DNA from: an uncultured bacterium
Lineage (GTDB): Bacteria; Patescibacteriota; Microgenomatia; UBA1400; MFAQ01
Length of the DNA: 64,000 bases
Assembly: GCA_963980225.1 (NCBI GenBank)
Contig: CAXBYW010000002.1
Span: 39,502-103,501, forward strand
Direction of reading: 5' to 3'
Below are positions 37,400-45,436 of the stretch, one piece after another. Below the pieces are notes generated by a model. The model was not told the origin of the DNA and did not search any database. It saw only the letters and a program-made list of their open reading frames with translations. The translations under genes were made by a program, and so were the position numbers. Positions within the stretch are counted from its first letter, which is position 1, and every line of letters begins with the position of its first letter.

Positions 37400-38596
37400 A
37401 TGAATTTGAAAAAAATTAGGACAGCATTGTTGGTGTCTTGTTTGATGCTTGGGTCTTTGTTTTTAGGAATGGGTTTGGGAGAAAAACGAGTTTTAAAAAG
37501 ATTGATGAATGGAAATGGAGTAAGAGATGTAGATTTATCGCTGATGTGGCAGACGTGGGATAGGTTGGAAGATAAATATCTTTTCTTGGACAAACTAGAT
37601 GAAAAAAAGATGATTAATGGAGCTGTTGCAGGAATGACGGCAGCTTTGGATGATCCTTATACTTCTTTTTTGGCACCTGATGATAACAAAAGATCAAGAG
37701 AAGATCTGTCTGGATCCTTTGGTGGAGTAGGTATTCAGCTTGGATTTATTGGTAAGACGTTAGCGGTAATGGCCCCTTTACCTGATAACCCAGCTATAAA
37801 GGTGGGAATTAAGGCTGGTGATCTTATCTTACACATAAAAGATGAAAATACAGGTGTTGATAAAGACACTGTTGGTATGGGGCTGATGGAAGCGGTGAAT
37901 GATATTAGGGGTAAGAAAGGTACACCGATAATTTTGACAATCTTGCATGAAGGAGCAAAAGCTTCAGAGGAGATAACCATAGTAAGAGATACGGTGTTGG
38001 TAGCCTCTGTGGAGCTAGAGTGGGTGGGGAGTGATGGGAAGACTGCTCTAATTAAACTGATGAAATTTGGGGAGAGAACCTTGCCGGAGTGGCAGGCAGC
38101 GGTTGATGAGGTTTTGGAAAAAGAAGCTACTGGAGTAATAGTGGACTTTAGGAACAATCCAGGAGGATACTTACAGAGAGCGATTGATTTGGTGAGTGAG
38201 TTTATTCCCGATGGAATAGTAGTACAACAAAGAGGTAAGGAAAGAACAGAGACGTTTAGAGTAAATAGGAATGGAAGACTGCTTGATATGCCGGTAGTAG
38301 CCTTGGTGAATAGAGGTTCGGCTAGTGCTTCTGAGATCATGGCAGGAGCTTTAAGAGACAGGTTAGGAGTAAAACTGGTAGGAGAGAAGACGTTTGGAAA
38401 AGGTACCGTTCAGGAAGTCCAAGACCTAAAAGGTGGAGCAGGACTACACATAACCATCGCTGAGTGGTTGTTGCCTAGTGGGGACAATATTCATGGGGAT
38501 GGGCTGATGGCTGACGTTGAGGTAAAAGATGACCCAGGAACACCAGAAGATGAACAGATTCTAAAAGCGATTGAGGTGTTGGATGAGATTAGGTAA
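37400..38596 (+). CDS. ctpA: carboxyl-terminal processing protease (S41)
   Basis: PDZ segment. RGSASASEIMAGAL (catalytic Ser region) and KTFGKGTVQ (catalytic Lys). Confidence 0.85.
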   Translation: MNLKKIRTALLVSCLMLGSLFLGMGLGEKRVLKRLMNGNGVRDVDLSLMWQTWDRLEDKYLFLDKLDEKKMINGAVAGMTAALDDPYTSFLAPDDNKRSREDLSGSFGGVGIQLGFIGKTLAVMAPLPDNPAIKVGIKAGDLILHIKDENTGVDKDTVGMGLMEAVNDIRGKKGTPIILTILHEGAKASEEITIVRDTVLVASVELEWVGSDGKTALIKLMKFGERTLPEWQAAVDEVLEKEATGVIVDFRNNPGGYLQRAIDLVSEFIPDGIVVQQRGKERTETFRVNRNGRLLDMPVVALVNRGSASASEIMAGALRDRLGVKLVGEKTFGKGTVQEVQDLKGGAGLHITIAEWLLPSGDNIHGDGLMADVEVKDDPGTPEDEQILKAIEVLDEIR

Positions 38597-38638
38597 TTTT
38601 AGCTTGAAAAAGTAGGCTCAAAGAGGTTTAATAAGACT

Positions 38639-39766
38639 ATGAAGAATTTCTTGATAGGACTAATGGTTTCGGTGATTGTACTTTTTTCTGCATTTGGAGG
38701 AGCCTTAGCAGACAGACTGTTTGTTATTAAGCCTTTGGATAAAATTTTTAAAAGAAGTGAGGTTGTGGTGGAAGAAAAGGTAAAAATACTAAGTGAGGAT
38801 GGTGGAGTAGTTGAAGTGGTAGAGAGAGTAAGTCCAGCGGTAGTGACGGTAGCGGTCATAGGCCAGACCCAAGGAAGAATAGTATTTGATGCTTTTGAGT
38901 TTTTTGGATTTAGACAAGAAGAACCGGAGATCGTACAACAAGATATTGGTTCTGGGTTTGTAGTCGATGGCCAAGAAGGGGTGGTGGTAACTAACAAGCA
39001 TGTAGTAGCTAGAGATGGAGTGAAGTATGTGGTGATTGATAAAGAAGGAGAGGAGTATGAGGTCAAGGATTTGTATAGGGACCCAGTGAATGACTTAGCG
39101 ATACTAAAGATTGAGGCTGAAAAGAGTTTGGAGGCAATTACGCTGGGTGATTCTGACCTTTTAAAGGTGGGCCAGAGAGTAATAGCTATTGGTACAGCTT
39201 TGGGAGAGTTTAGACACACAGTGACTACAGGGGTGATTTCTGGTTTGGGTAGGGGAATAAGTGCGGGTAATGGTTCCTTAGGGAGTCTTGAGAAAATTGA
39301 TGATGTCATCCAGACAGATGCCGCTATTAACCCTGGAAATTCTGGAGGACCTTTGCTTGATATAAATGGTCGGGTAATAGGAGTAAATGTAGCTGTGGCT
39401 GGTGGGGGAGAAAATATTGGTTTTGCTATTCCAATTAATGTAGTTAGGGAATCACTTGATAACTTTAAGGAGACAGGAAGCTTTGATAGGGTACAGTTGG
39501 GGGTGAAGTACAGGATGATAGATAAAGATGTGGCTTTACTGAATGATGTGCCTGCAGGAGCTTACATTGTGGAGGTGATGGAGGATTCAGTAGCAGCAAA
39601 AAATGGAGTTTTGGTAGGAGATATCATTATCAAACTTGAAAATGAAGGAGTAGTTGAAGTAGATGGTGGCCTGGCTGGTTTAATAGGTAAGTTGAAGGTG
39701 GGAGAAAATATTAAGATTGAATTATGGAGAAATGGTCAAATTTTGGTCCTAAATATTAAGCTTTAA
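38639..39766 (+). CDS. htrA: HtrA/DegP-family trypsin-like serine protease with PDZ domain
   Basis: N-terminal TM. TNKHVV (His), DLAILK (Asp), GNSGGPLLDINGRVIGVN (Ser) catalytic triad motifs. C-terminal PDZ. Confidence 0.85.
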   Translation: MKNFLIGLMVSVIVLFSAFGGALADRLFVIKPLDKIFKRSEVVVEEKVKILSEDGGVVEVVERVSPAVVTVAVIGQTQGRIVFDAFEFFGFRQEEPEIVQQDIGSGFVVDGQEGVVVTNKHVVARDGVKYVVIDKEGEEYEVKDLYRDPVNDLAILKIEAEKSLEAITLGDSDLLKVGQRVIAIGTALGEFRHTVTTGVISGLGRGISAGNGSLGSLEKIDDVIQTDAAINPGNSGGPLLDINGRVIGVNVAVAGGGENIGFAIPINVVRESLDNFKETGSFDRVQLGVKYRMIDKDVALLNDVPAGAYIVEVMEDSVAAKNGVLVGDIIIKLENEGVVEVDGGLAGLIGKLKVGENIKIELWRNGQILVLNIKL

Positions 39767-40649
39767 GGACTTTTTCTAGTTGACCTTCCATGACTTCTTT
39801 TAGGTTGTGCCAGCTTTTGTTTAGCCTGTGGTCGGTGAGTCTATTCTGGGGAAAGTTGTAGGTTTTTATCTTTTCTGATCTCATACCTCTACCTACGGCT
39901 TCTGATCTGGTGGCTTCGATTTCTTTTAGCTTTTCTTCTTCTTGCTGTTGCCAGAGTTTTGATCGCAGCATGTCTAAGGCTATTTCTTTGTTTTGAACTT
40001 GAGACCTTTCTTGACGAACAGATACAGTCATCTGGGTAGGTTTGTGGGTAAGACGAACAGCAGTGTTGACCTTGTTTACATTTTGTCCACCTGGTCCACC
40101 GGCTGTAGTGAAAGCCCATTCTAAGTCTGATAACTTGAGTTGGACTAAGTCCTTTTTAATTTCTGGTAAAACGGTTACTGTGGCAGTAGAGGTGTGGATT
40201 CTACCTTGTGACTCTGTGGCGGGGACTCTTTGGACTCTATGGACCCCAGCTTCATTTTTGAAGGTTTCAAAGCAACCTAGGGGCCAGTCAGAGCTGTTGG
40301 CTTTTTTGAGCTTGATTGTACTAGTGTCGATTTCTTCTATTTTGAAGTTATGGTTATTAGCAAATCTTACATACATTCGTAGTAGGTCTTGCGCAAAGAT
40401 TTTGGCTTCATCACCACCAGCAGCAGCTCTTATCTCTATGACGACTGGGGCATTTTTGGGAACTTGTGAAACTTTTTCTTTCTGTTTTTCTACCTGTTGG
40501 CCAGCTTTTTCTAGTTGTTTTATCTGATCTTGAAGTTTTTTGATTTCTTCTTTGGCTAGGGGACCGAGTTCAGGATCATTTACCAGGTCCTGGTGAGATT
40601 TGACTTTGTTTTGGAGGCGATCTATTTCTGGTTTAAGAGAGTTGTTCAT
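39756..40649 (-). CDS. prfA: peptide chain release factor 1 (N-terminally short, 297 aa)
   Basis: RVPATE (PxT tripeptide anticodon motif, RF1-type). GGQ ([12 protein letters not shown]). C-terminal [14 protein letters not shown]. Confidence 0.85.
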   Translation of the reverse strand: MNNSLKPEIDRLQNKVKSHQDLVNDPELGPLAKEEIKKLQDQIKQLEKAGQQVEKQKEKVSQVPKNAPVVIEIRAAAGGDEAKIFAQDLLRMYVRFANNHNFKIEEIDTSTIKLKKANSSDWPLGCFETFKNEAGVHRVQRVPATESQGRIHTSTATVTVLPEIKKDLVQLKLSDLEWAFTTAGGPGGQNVNKVNTAVRLTHKPTQMTVSVRQERSQVQNKEIALDMLRSKLWQQQEEEKLKEIEATRSEAVGRGMRSEKIKTYNFPQNRLTDHRLNKSWHNLKEVMEGQLEKVLKA

Positions 40650-40939
40650 TTTCCGACTGGGGTGACGATAAGCATGTCTTTTAAAGACTTAGCTGGTCCC
40701 TGATCGTCACTTTTAGCCTTAGTTTTCTTTTTATACTTACCAGCAGCTTTTCTCTTGGCTAAGAATTTATCTACTCTACCTAGGGTATCTATATATTTCA
40801 TCTCTCCTGTGTAGAAAGGGTGGCATTTTGAGCAGATTTCAACTTGGATCTCTTTAGCGGTAGAACCTGTTTCTATTGTGGCTCCACAGGCACAGTTAAT
40901 GGTCATTTTATGGTATTCAGGATGTATTTTGGCTTTCAT
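40646..40939 (-). CDS. rpmE: 50S ribosomal protein L31 with long basic C-terminal extension
   Basis: [19 protein letters not shown]...[10 protein letters not shown] zinc-ribbon L31 signature. Confidence 0.85.
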   Translation of the reverse strand: MKAKIHPEYHKMTINCACGATIETGSTAKEIQVEICSKCHPFYTGEMKYIDTLGRVDKFLAKRKAAGKYKKKTKAKSDDQGPAKSLKDMLIVTPVGK

Positions 40940-41003
40940 ACAGAGGCTATTTTAACATAAAGATGATTTACACACTAGTAGTTTGTCGATTTTGAAGGTA
41001 AGT

Positions 41004-41032
41004 TTGACAGAAATACGGTCTTGTAGTATATT
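41004..41032 (+). promoter_or_regulatory. sigma70-type promoter of tRNA-like/ncRNA unit 1
   Basis: TTGACA (41004-41009), 17-nt spacer, TATATT (41027-41032). The CTTGTAGTATATTGAT block is repeated at unit 2. Confidence 0.6.
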
Positions 41033-41166
41033 GATGGAGTCATGTGTGAATTGGCAAACCTCCTTTTATTGAAGCCGTGTTGACACTTAGCTTCCAAGCT
41101 AGATAAATTTATTTGCCTCAATTTATCTAGCCGCACTTATTGCACATTTATTTGTATTTGGTTGAT

Positions 41167-41239
41167 GCGGGATTAGCTTAGTTGGCAGAGCACTTTCCTG
41201 CTCGGGAAGAGGTCACAGGTTCGAGTCCTGTATCCTGCT
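41167..41239 (+). tRNA. tRNA-like element 1 (class I cloverleaf; anticodon loop CUGCUCG lacks purine-37; identity unclear)
   Basis: 7-bp acceptor GCGGGAT/ATCCTGC. D-arm TAGCTTAGTTGGCAGAGC. Canonical T-arm ACAGG-TTCGAGT-CCTGT. Anticodon stem CTTTC/GGAAG with loop CTGCTCG (anticodon would be GCU, but the short variable arm is incompatible with tRNA-Ser). Confidence 0.5.
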
Positions 41240-41577
41240 TTTTAAAGGAGGCATAATCTCCTTTAAAAAATGATATAGGTAAGTGTCTAAGGTTTGATTT
41301 GAGATGAGTCAGATTTTGGCCTCCAACTTACCTAACCCTGATCTTGTCGTCTGAGGATAGATGTAGATACTGTCAATAGACAGTAATTTGCAGATGGGAT
41401 GTCCCACCGAAGACGACAAAACAACCAACAAGGAATGAAAACATATAACGCCGTAGTTTTCACTCCTTGATCGATCAAGGAAGTTCCTCGGTAGGATGAA
41501 ACCTTGTTGGTTGTTAAAAACTTATCCGTGTAGGATTAAGACTCGATTCTGAGTTTTGAGCTTACACGGTTTTTTTT
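41240..41577 (+). ncRNA. structured noncoding RNA co-transcribed downstream of tRNA-like element 1, ending in intrinsic terminator (41526-41577)
   Basis: No ORF. Nested stems (ggtaagt/acttacc; ttgtcgtct/agacgacaa; aaccaacaagg/ccttgttggtt; tccttgatc/gatcaagga). Terminator ccgtgtag...cttacacgg plus T8. Confidence 0.45.
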
Positions 41578-41597
41578 ATGGCAAGAAAGTAAACATA

Positions 41598-41626
41598 TTG
41601 ACAGAGATAAAAGCTTGTAGTATATT
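41598..41626 (+). promoter_or_regulatory. sigma70-type promoter of tRNA-like/ncRNA unit 2
   Basis: TTGACA (41598-41603), 17-nt spacer, TATATT (41621-41626). Same CTTGTAGTATATTGAT block as unit 1. Confidence 0.6.
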
Positions 41627-41769
41627 GATCAAACTGACAGATGTCAGTTATAGGAGGAGATCGGTACCTCCCGAATTTGGTGGAAGAGTCACCGTAAACT
41701 TCTAAGTTGGATAACTATCCATGGAAGGTTATCCAACCGCACTTATTGCACATTTTTATTTTTTTAAAC

Positions 41770-41848
41770 GCGGGCTTAGCTCAGCTGGTAGAGCATTCCG
41801 GACATCACTGAAAGGAAAAGGTCACAGGTTCGAATCCTGTAGTCCGCT
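41770..41848 (+). tRNA. tRNA-like element 2 with enlarged, non-canonical anticodon arm (23 nt instead of 17)
   Basis: Acceptor GCGGGCT/AGTCCGC. D-arm TAGCTCAGCTGGTAGAGC. T-arm ACAGG-TTCGAAT-CCTGT. Region between D and variable arms is ttccggacatcactgaaaggaaa, which cannot form a 5-bp stem plus 7-nt loop. Confidence 0.4.
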
Positions 41849-42144
41849 TTAAAGAGGGTGGTTAATCTCTCTTTATAAGAGGTTGAATAGGTTGCTACAA
41901 CCTGATCACAAAACCTCGTCGTCTAAGAACGGTTTAAGTATGCTGCTTTACAAAGATTTACCAGCCTAAACCGCTAATGAGACAGTAGCTCTCAGCGAAG
42001 ACGACAACGACTAACGAGGAAGTGAGGCATCCACTTCATTGGATCAAGGAGTTTTCCGTTTGGGAATGAACCTTGTTAGTCGTTAAAAAATCATCTGGAT
42101 AAAAGTAAGGCTCGATTCTGAGTTCTGAAATTATCCAGTTTTTT
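41849..42144 (+). ncRNA. structured noncoding RNA paralog downstream of tRNA-like element 2, ending in intrinsic terminator (42095-42144)
   Basis: Paralogous to 41240-41577. Conserved blocks: tcgtcgtct...gaagacgacaa, ggatcaagga, gaaccttgtt. Compensatory stem changes (gactaacgagg/ccttgttagtc). Terminator ctggataa...ttatccag plus T6 with the same loop gctcgattctgagttctga. Confidence 0.45.
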
Positions 42145-42155
42145 ATGGGAAAAAA

Positions 42156-43058
42156 CTAACGTTTTTCTGCTATGTAAACACCGAAAATGATGATGGCAAT
42201 GGAGAATATGTTTAGTAAAGAGATTGATTCTGAGAGTAATAGTATGGCTGTTGGTACGGAGAAGATCGGTTGGAGGTAGGTGAAAAGAGAGGCTTCTGAT
42301 GCTTCGATTTTGTCTTGACCAATAAGATAGAGGGTAAGTCCTATGATAGAGCCAAAGACACCCATATAGACGATTGCGGCTGCAGGCCAGAAACCAGTTG
42401 CTAATTGAAAAGGCTGGCCAGATATTAGGGCGATAGCTCCAAAAGAAATTAAACCAACCCAGAAGCTTATGTGGGTGACCAACCATTTATTTATACCAAC
42501 GTAGTGCTTTTTAGCTAAAAGAAAGTAGGCGGCCATACATACGTTTTGGCCTAAGACTAATAGATTTCCGGTAACAGTGCCAGTAAAACCACTGTTTCTC
42601 ACTAATGGTTCACCAACTAAGAATAGAGTTCCAATTAAGGCTAATATAGTACCTTTAAGCTCATGCTTTTGTTCCTTTTCCTTGAAAAATAGGATGCCAC
42701 CCAAGATAACTAGGATAGGCCAGGTGATGGCGATAAGGGAGGACTCAATAGCTGAAGTTCGGTTTAATCCTTGATAGAGCAGGAAGAGAGCAAGGAAGGT
42801 GCCGAGAGCTTCTAAAGGAACTATTTTAAGTATGTTTTTTAGGTGAATCTGTTTTTTAAACTTAGAATCCTTAAGGAATAGATAAATGATGATCGGAAAA
42901 GAAAAGAGAGTGGCCAAAAAGAACCTACCAATCAAGAAACTGTTGGGAGTTAGACCTGCGTCGAAACCTTTCTTGACGATGGGCAGAGCTAAACCCCAGA
43001 CGAATGTGTTACCTAAAAGTGCTAGATAAGCAATCAGGCGGGTTTTTGTGAGTTTCAT
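42156..43058 (-). CDS. EamA/DMT-family transporter
   Basis: 10 TM helices in two repeated halves typical of drug/metabolite transporter (EamA) proteins. Confidence 0.7.
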   Translation of the reverse strand: MKLTKTRLIAYLALLGNTFVWGLALPIVKKGFDAGLTPNSFLIGRFFLATLFSFPIIIYLFLKDSKFKKQIHLKNILKIVPLEALGTFLALFLLYQGLNRTSAIESSLIAITWPILVILGGILFFKEKEQKHELKGTILALIGTLFLVGEPLVRNSGFTGTVTGNLLVLGQNVCMAAYFLLAKKHYVGINKWLVTHISFWVGLISFGAIALISGQPFQLATGFWPAAAIVYMGVFGSIIGLTLYLIGQDKIEASEASLFTYLQPIFSVPTAILLLSESISLLNIFSIAIIIFGVYIAEKR

Positions 43059-44299
43059 TACTTTAGCTTGGAGAGGAGTTGTTTTAGAGTTAATGTTTCT
43101 TGTTTACCACTGATCATGTCTTTAAGAGTGACTTTACCGACTTTTTTCTCTTCCTCGCCTAAAATAATAATGAAGGGAACATTCATTTGATTGGCGTACT
43201 TTAGTTGTTTGCCGATATTGTCGTTTGCAGGATAGACCTCGGTATTTATCCCGGCCTTACGAAGGCTGTTGGCTACCTTTAAAGACTCGGTCTTAAATTC
43301 AGGAGAAAAGATGGAAACCAGTACTTTAGCGGTAGTTTTTGAACTTTCAAGTAACTCTAAGTTTTTGACGGCTTCTACTATGCGATCGAAACCAAAGGCT
43401 ATACCTACGGCTGGTACTTTAGGGCCACCTAGATCGCTTATTAAGTTATCGTAACGGCCACCGCCACCAAATGAACCAATAGGAATTTCTGGGATGATGA
43501 CTTCAAAGATCATGCCGGTGTAGTAGTCTAGACCACGAGCTAGGGTAGGTTCAAAGACTAGACTGTCTTTGGGAACACCAAGGGCTGTGGTTAAGGAGAT
43601 TATCTCTTTAAGGTTGGGAGTGGGGGAGGCTGATTTTATTTGTTTTAGAGCTTTTTTAGCCGTTTCTTTAGTGAGGCCTTTTTTTACTAGTTCGGCTTCA
43701 ACTTCAGCAACTGTTTTTTTATCAAGCTTGTCTACTGTCTGGATGATGGACATGATGTCTAACTTAGGGGTAGTGAAGGGTTTTAGTTGGTCAAAAAGTA
43801 TCTGGCGGTCGTTTATTTTGATCTTTATAGTAGGGAAGTTTAGGTTTTTGAAGGAAAAGTAGGTGCAAGCAACGGTTTCGGCATCTGATGTGGCGTCATT
43901 GGTGCCAAAGATGTCGATATCACACTGAGTAAACTCTCTGTATCTGCCTTTTTGAGGTTTGTCAGCCCTGAAAACACTTTGGATCTGGTATCGTCTGAAG
44001 AACTTAGGTAGTTTTGAGCCATACTGGGCTAGTAATCTAGCTGTGGGTACGGTTTGATCGTAACGTAAACCAATTTTTCTACTGCCTCGGTCCTTGAAGG
44101 TGTATACAAGTTTATCTGCCTCTTCACCGTACTTACCTAAAAGTAGAGATGCGTACTCTAAAGTGGGTGTTTCTACTGGTTCAAAACCAAAAGTTTCAAA
44201 GGTTTTGATGATGTTTTCCAAGACATTGTCTCTTATCTTTTTTTCTTCTGGAAGGAAGTCTCTAAACCCTTTAAGGTTTTGGGGTGTGTCTTTACTCAT
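43058..44299 (-). CDS. hisS: histidyl-tRNA synthetase
   Basis: LKGFRDFLPEE motif 1 region, FERIVE/GGGRYDNL class II motifs. C-terminal anticodon-binding domain. Confidence 0.9.
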   Translation of the reverse strand: MSKDTPQNLKGFRDFLPEEKKIRDNVLENIIKTFETFGFEPVETPTLEYASLLLGKYGEEADKLVYTFKDRGSRKIGLRYDQTVPTARLLAQYGSKLPKFFRRYQIQSVFRADKPQKGRYREFTQCDIDIFGTNDATSDAETVACTYFSFKNLNFPTIKIKINDRQILFDQLKPFTTPKLDIMSIIQTVDKLDKKTVAEVEAELVKKGLTKETAKKALKQIKSASPTPNLKEIISLTTALGVPKDSLVFEPTLARGLDYYTGMIFEVIIPEIPIGSFGGGGRYDNLISDLGGPKVPAVGIAFGFDRIVEAVKNLELLESSKTTAKVLVSIFSPEFKTESLKVANSLRKAGINTEVYPANDNIGKQLKYANQMNVPFIIILGEEEKKVGKVTLKDMISGKQETLTLKQLLSKLK

Positions 44300-44304
44300 G
44301 CTTT

Positions 44305-44946
44305 TTATTGTAGCAAAAGTTGAAGAGAGAGAAGGGTGTGCGTTTGATCCTCTATGTCGGTTTCGATGATGGCCATGATTGTTTGACCTATTTCTATTTC
44401 TTCTGTATCTAAGTCAAGGTTTTTGGGTATGTCTATGGTTAAGTCACCAATAGTTAGCTCAAGAGTGTCTAGGTCAAGGTTTTGGATAGGGCCAACAACT
44501 GTTTGGCGTGTGGAGTCGGGTGTAGTGGTTTTTATGGCTACAATGCGCTTAGCCGAGAGAATGTCTTCTGTATCTAGTTGGCCAATGGTGATGATCTTTT
44601 CTTCTATCGAAAGACTGGTGAGTTTAACTACTTGTCCGTTTCGCACTACGTCTGTATTCTCATTGGTAGTGATTTGGATTTCGGTGTTTTGAGAGGTGTT
44701 TATGATAATAACGGAACTCATTATCTTGGTAATGATGCCGGAATAGCCTACGAGAGCGCCTCTTTCCTGCTTGTCTTTAATGTTCTCTTCTGCGGTGTCT
44801 AGTTTATCCTTAACCACATCCTGGATTCTTTGTTTTAGGTTTTCGTTGATTTCCTCAGCACTTTGGGTGGCTACCATCTCTTCAGCAAAGACAGGTCGGG
44901 AGATGATTAAGGCGAGAGCAATGAGAAGGATGCTTAGTTTTTTCAT
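44305..44946 (-). CDS. hypothetical secreted protein
   Basis: N-terminal signal peptide (LLIALALIISRPVFA). No motif. Confidence 0.35.
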   Translation of the reverse strand: MKKLSILLIALALIISRPVFAEEMVATQSAEEINENLKQRIQDVVKDKLDTAEENIKDKQERGALVGYSGIITKIMSSVIIINTSQNTEIQITTNENTDVVRNGQVVKLTSLSIEEKIITIGQLDTEDILSAKRIVAIKTTTPDSTRQTVVGPIQNLDLDTLELTIGDLTIDIPKNLDLDTEEIEIGQTIMAIIETDIEDQTHTLLSLQLLLQ

Positions 44947-45413
44947 TCTATTTCAGCGGTAGTGTATATAACAATGATCTCTGTTTCCTCTTGGTATGAA
45001 AGCCCGTCACTGGCGGTGACCTTGATTATGTTTTCGCCTCCGACCAAGTTGATTTCCTGTTCAAAAATACCTGTTTCGTCTGATTTTATGATTGTTTCAT
45101 CGTCTTCCCAGATAAGAGCTACCCAAGCGTTTTGCATAGTTTTGCCGGTTAGGGTAATTGTTTCTTCAAAAGAAACACTATTGTTTAAAGGAGAAGTAAT
45201 TTGCAGGGTTGGAGTTGGGGTGGGGGTTAGTTGAGTAGTTGGAGATGTTGTTTGGTTGGGTAGATCAGTGTTATTAGCACTTTGATTGGCCAAATTTATA
45301 CCAAAAATTATGACTACACCTAGGATGACTCCCAAAACTATGGCTAAAATGATTTCTTTACGCATAAGTTTGCTTGTAATTAGTACGATAACAGGTGTAG
45401 CAAGTGAAGTCAA
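44943..45413 (-). CDS. hypothetical membrane-anchored protein with PT-rich linker and Ig-like C-terminal domain
   Basis: TM helix, TTQLTPTPTPT linker, beta-rich C-terminus. Overlaps downstream gene start (operon with 44305-44946). Confidence 0.35.
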   Translation of the reverse strand: MTSLATPVIVLITSKLMRKEIILAIVLGVILGVVIIFGINLANQSANNTDLPNQTTSPTTQLTPTPTPTLQITSPLNNSVSFEETITLTGKTMQNAWVALIWEDDETIIKSDETGIFEQEINLVGGENIIKVTASDGLSYQEETEIIVIYTTAEIE

Positions 45414-45436
45414 CTTTGTGTTAATATGTCTCTACT

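Noticed and set aside
38599-39309. 236-aa minus-strand ORF antisense to htrA (and 37735-38340 antisense to ctpA, 12230-12730 antisense to mreB)
   Set aside because: Embedded in strongly supported protease/mreB genes. Products are S/T/P-rich, low complexity, without motifs.
42091-42486. 131-aa minus-strand ORF overlapping the EamA transporter gene and the unit-2 terminator
   Set aside because: Different frame of the same strand region as the 300-aa EamA ORF. His/Arg-rich nonsense composition. EamA frame has the expected 10-TM repeat architecture.
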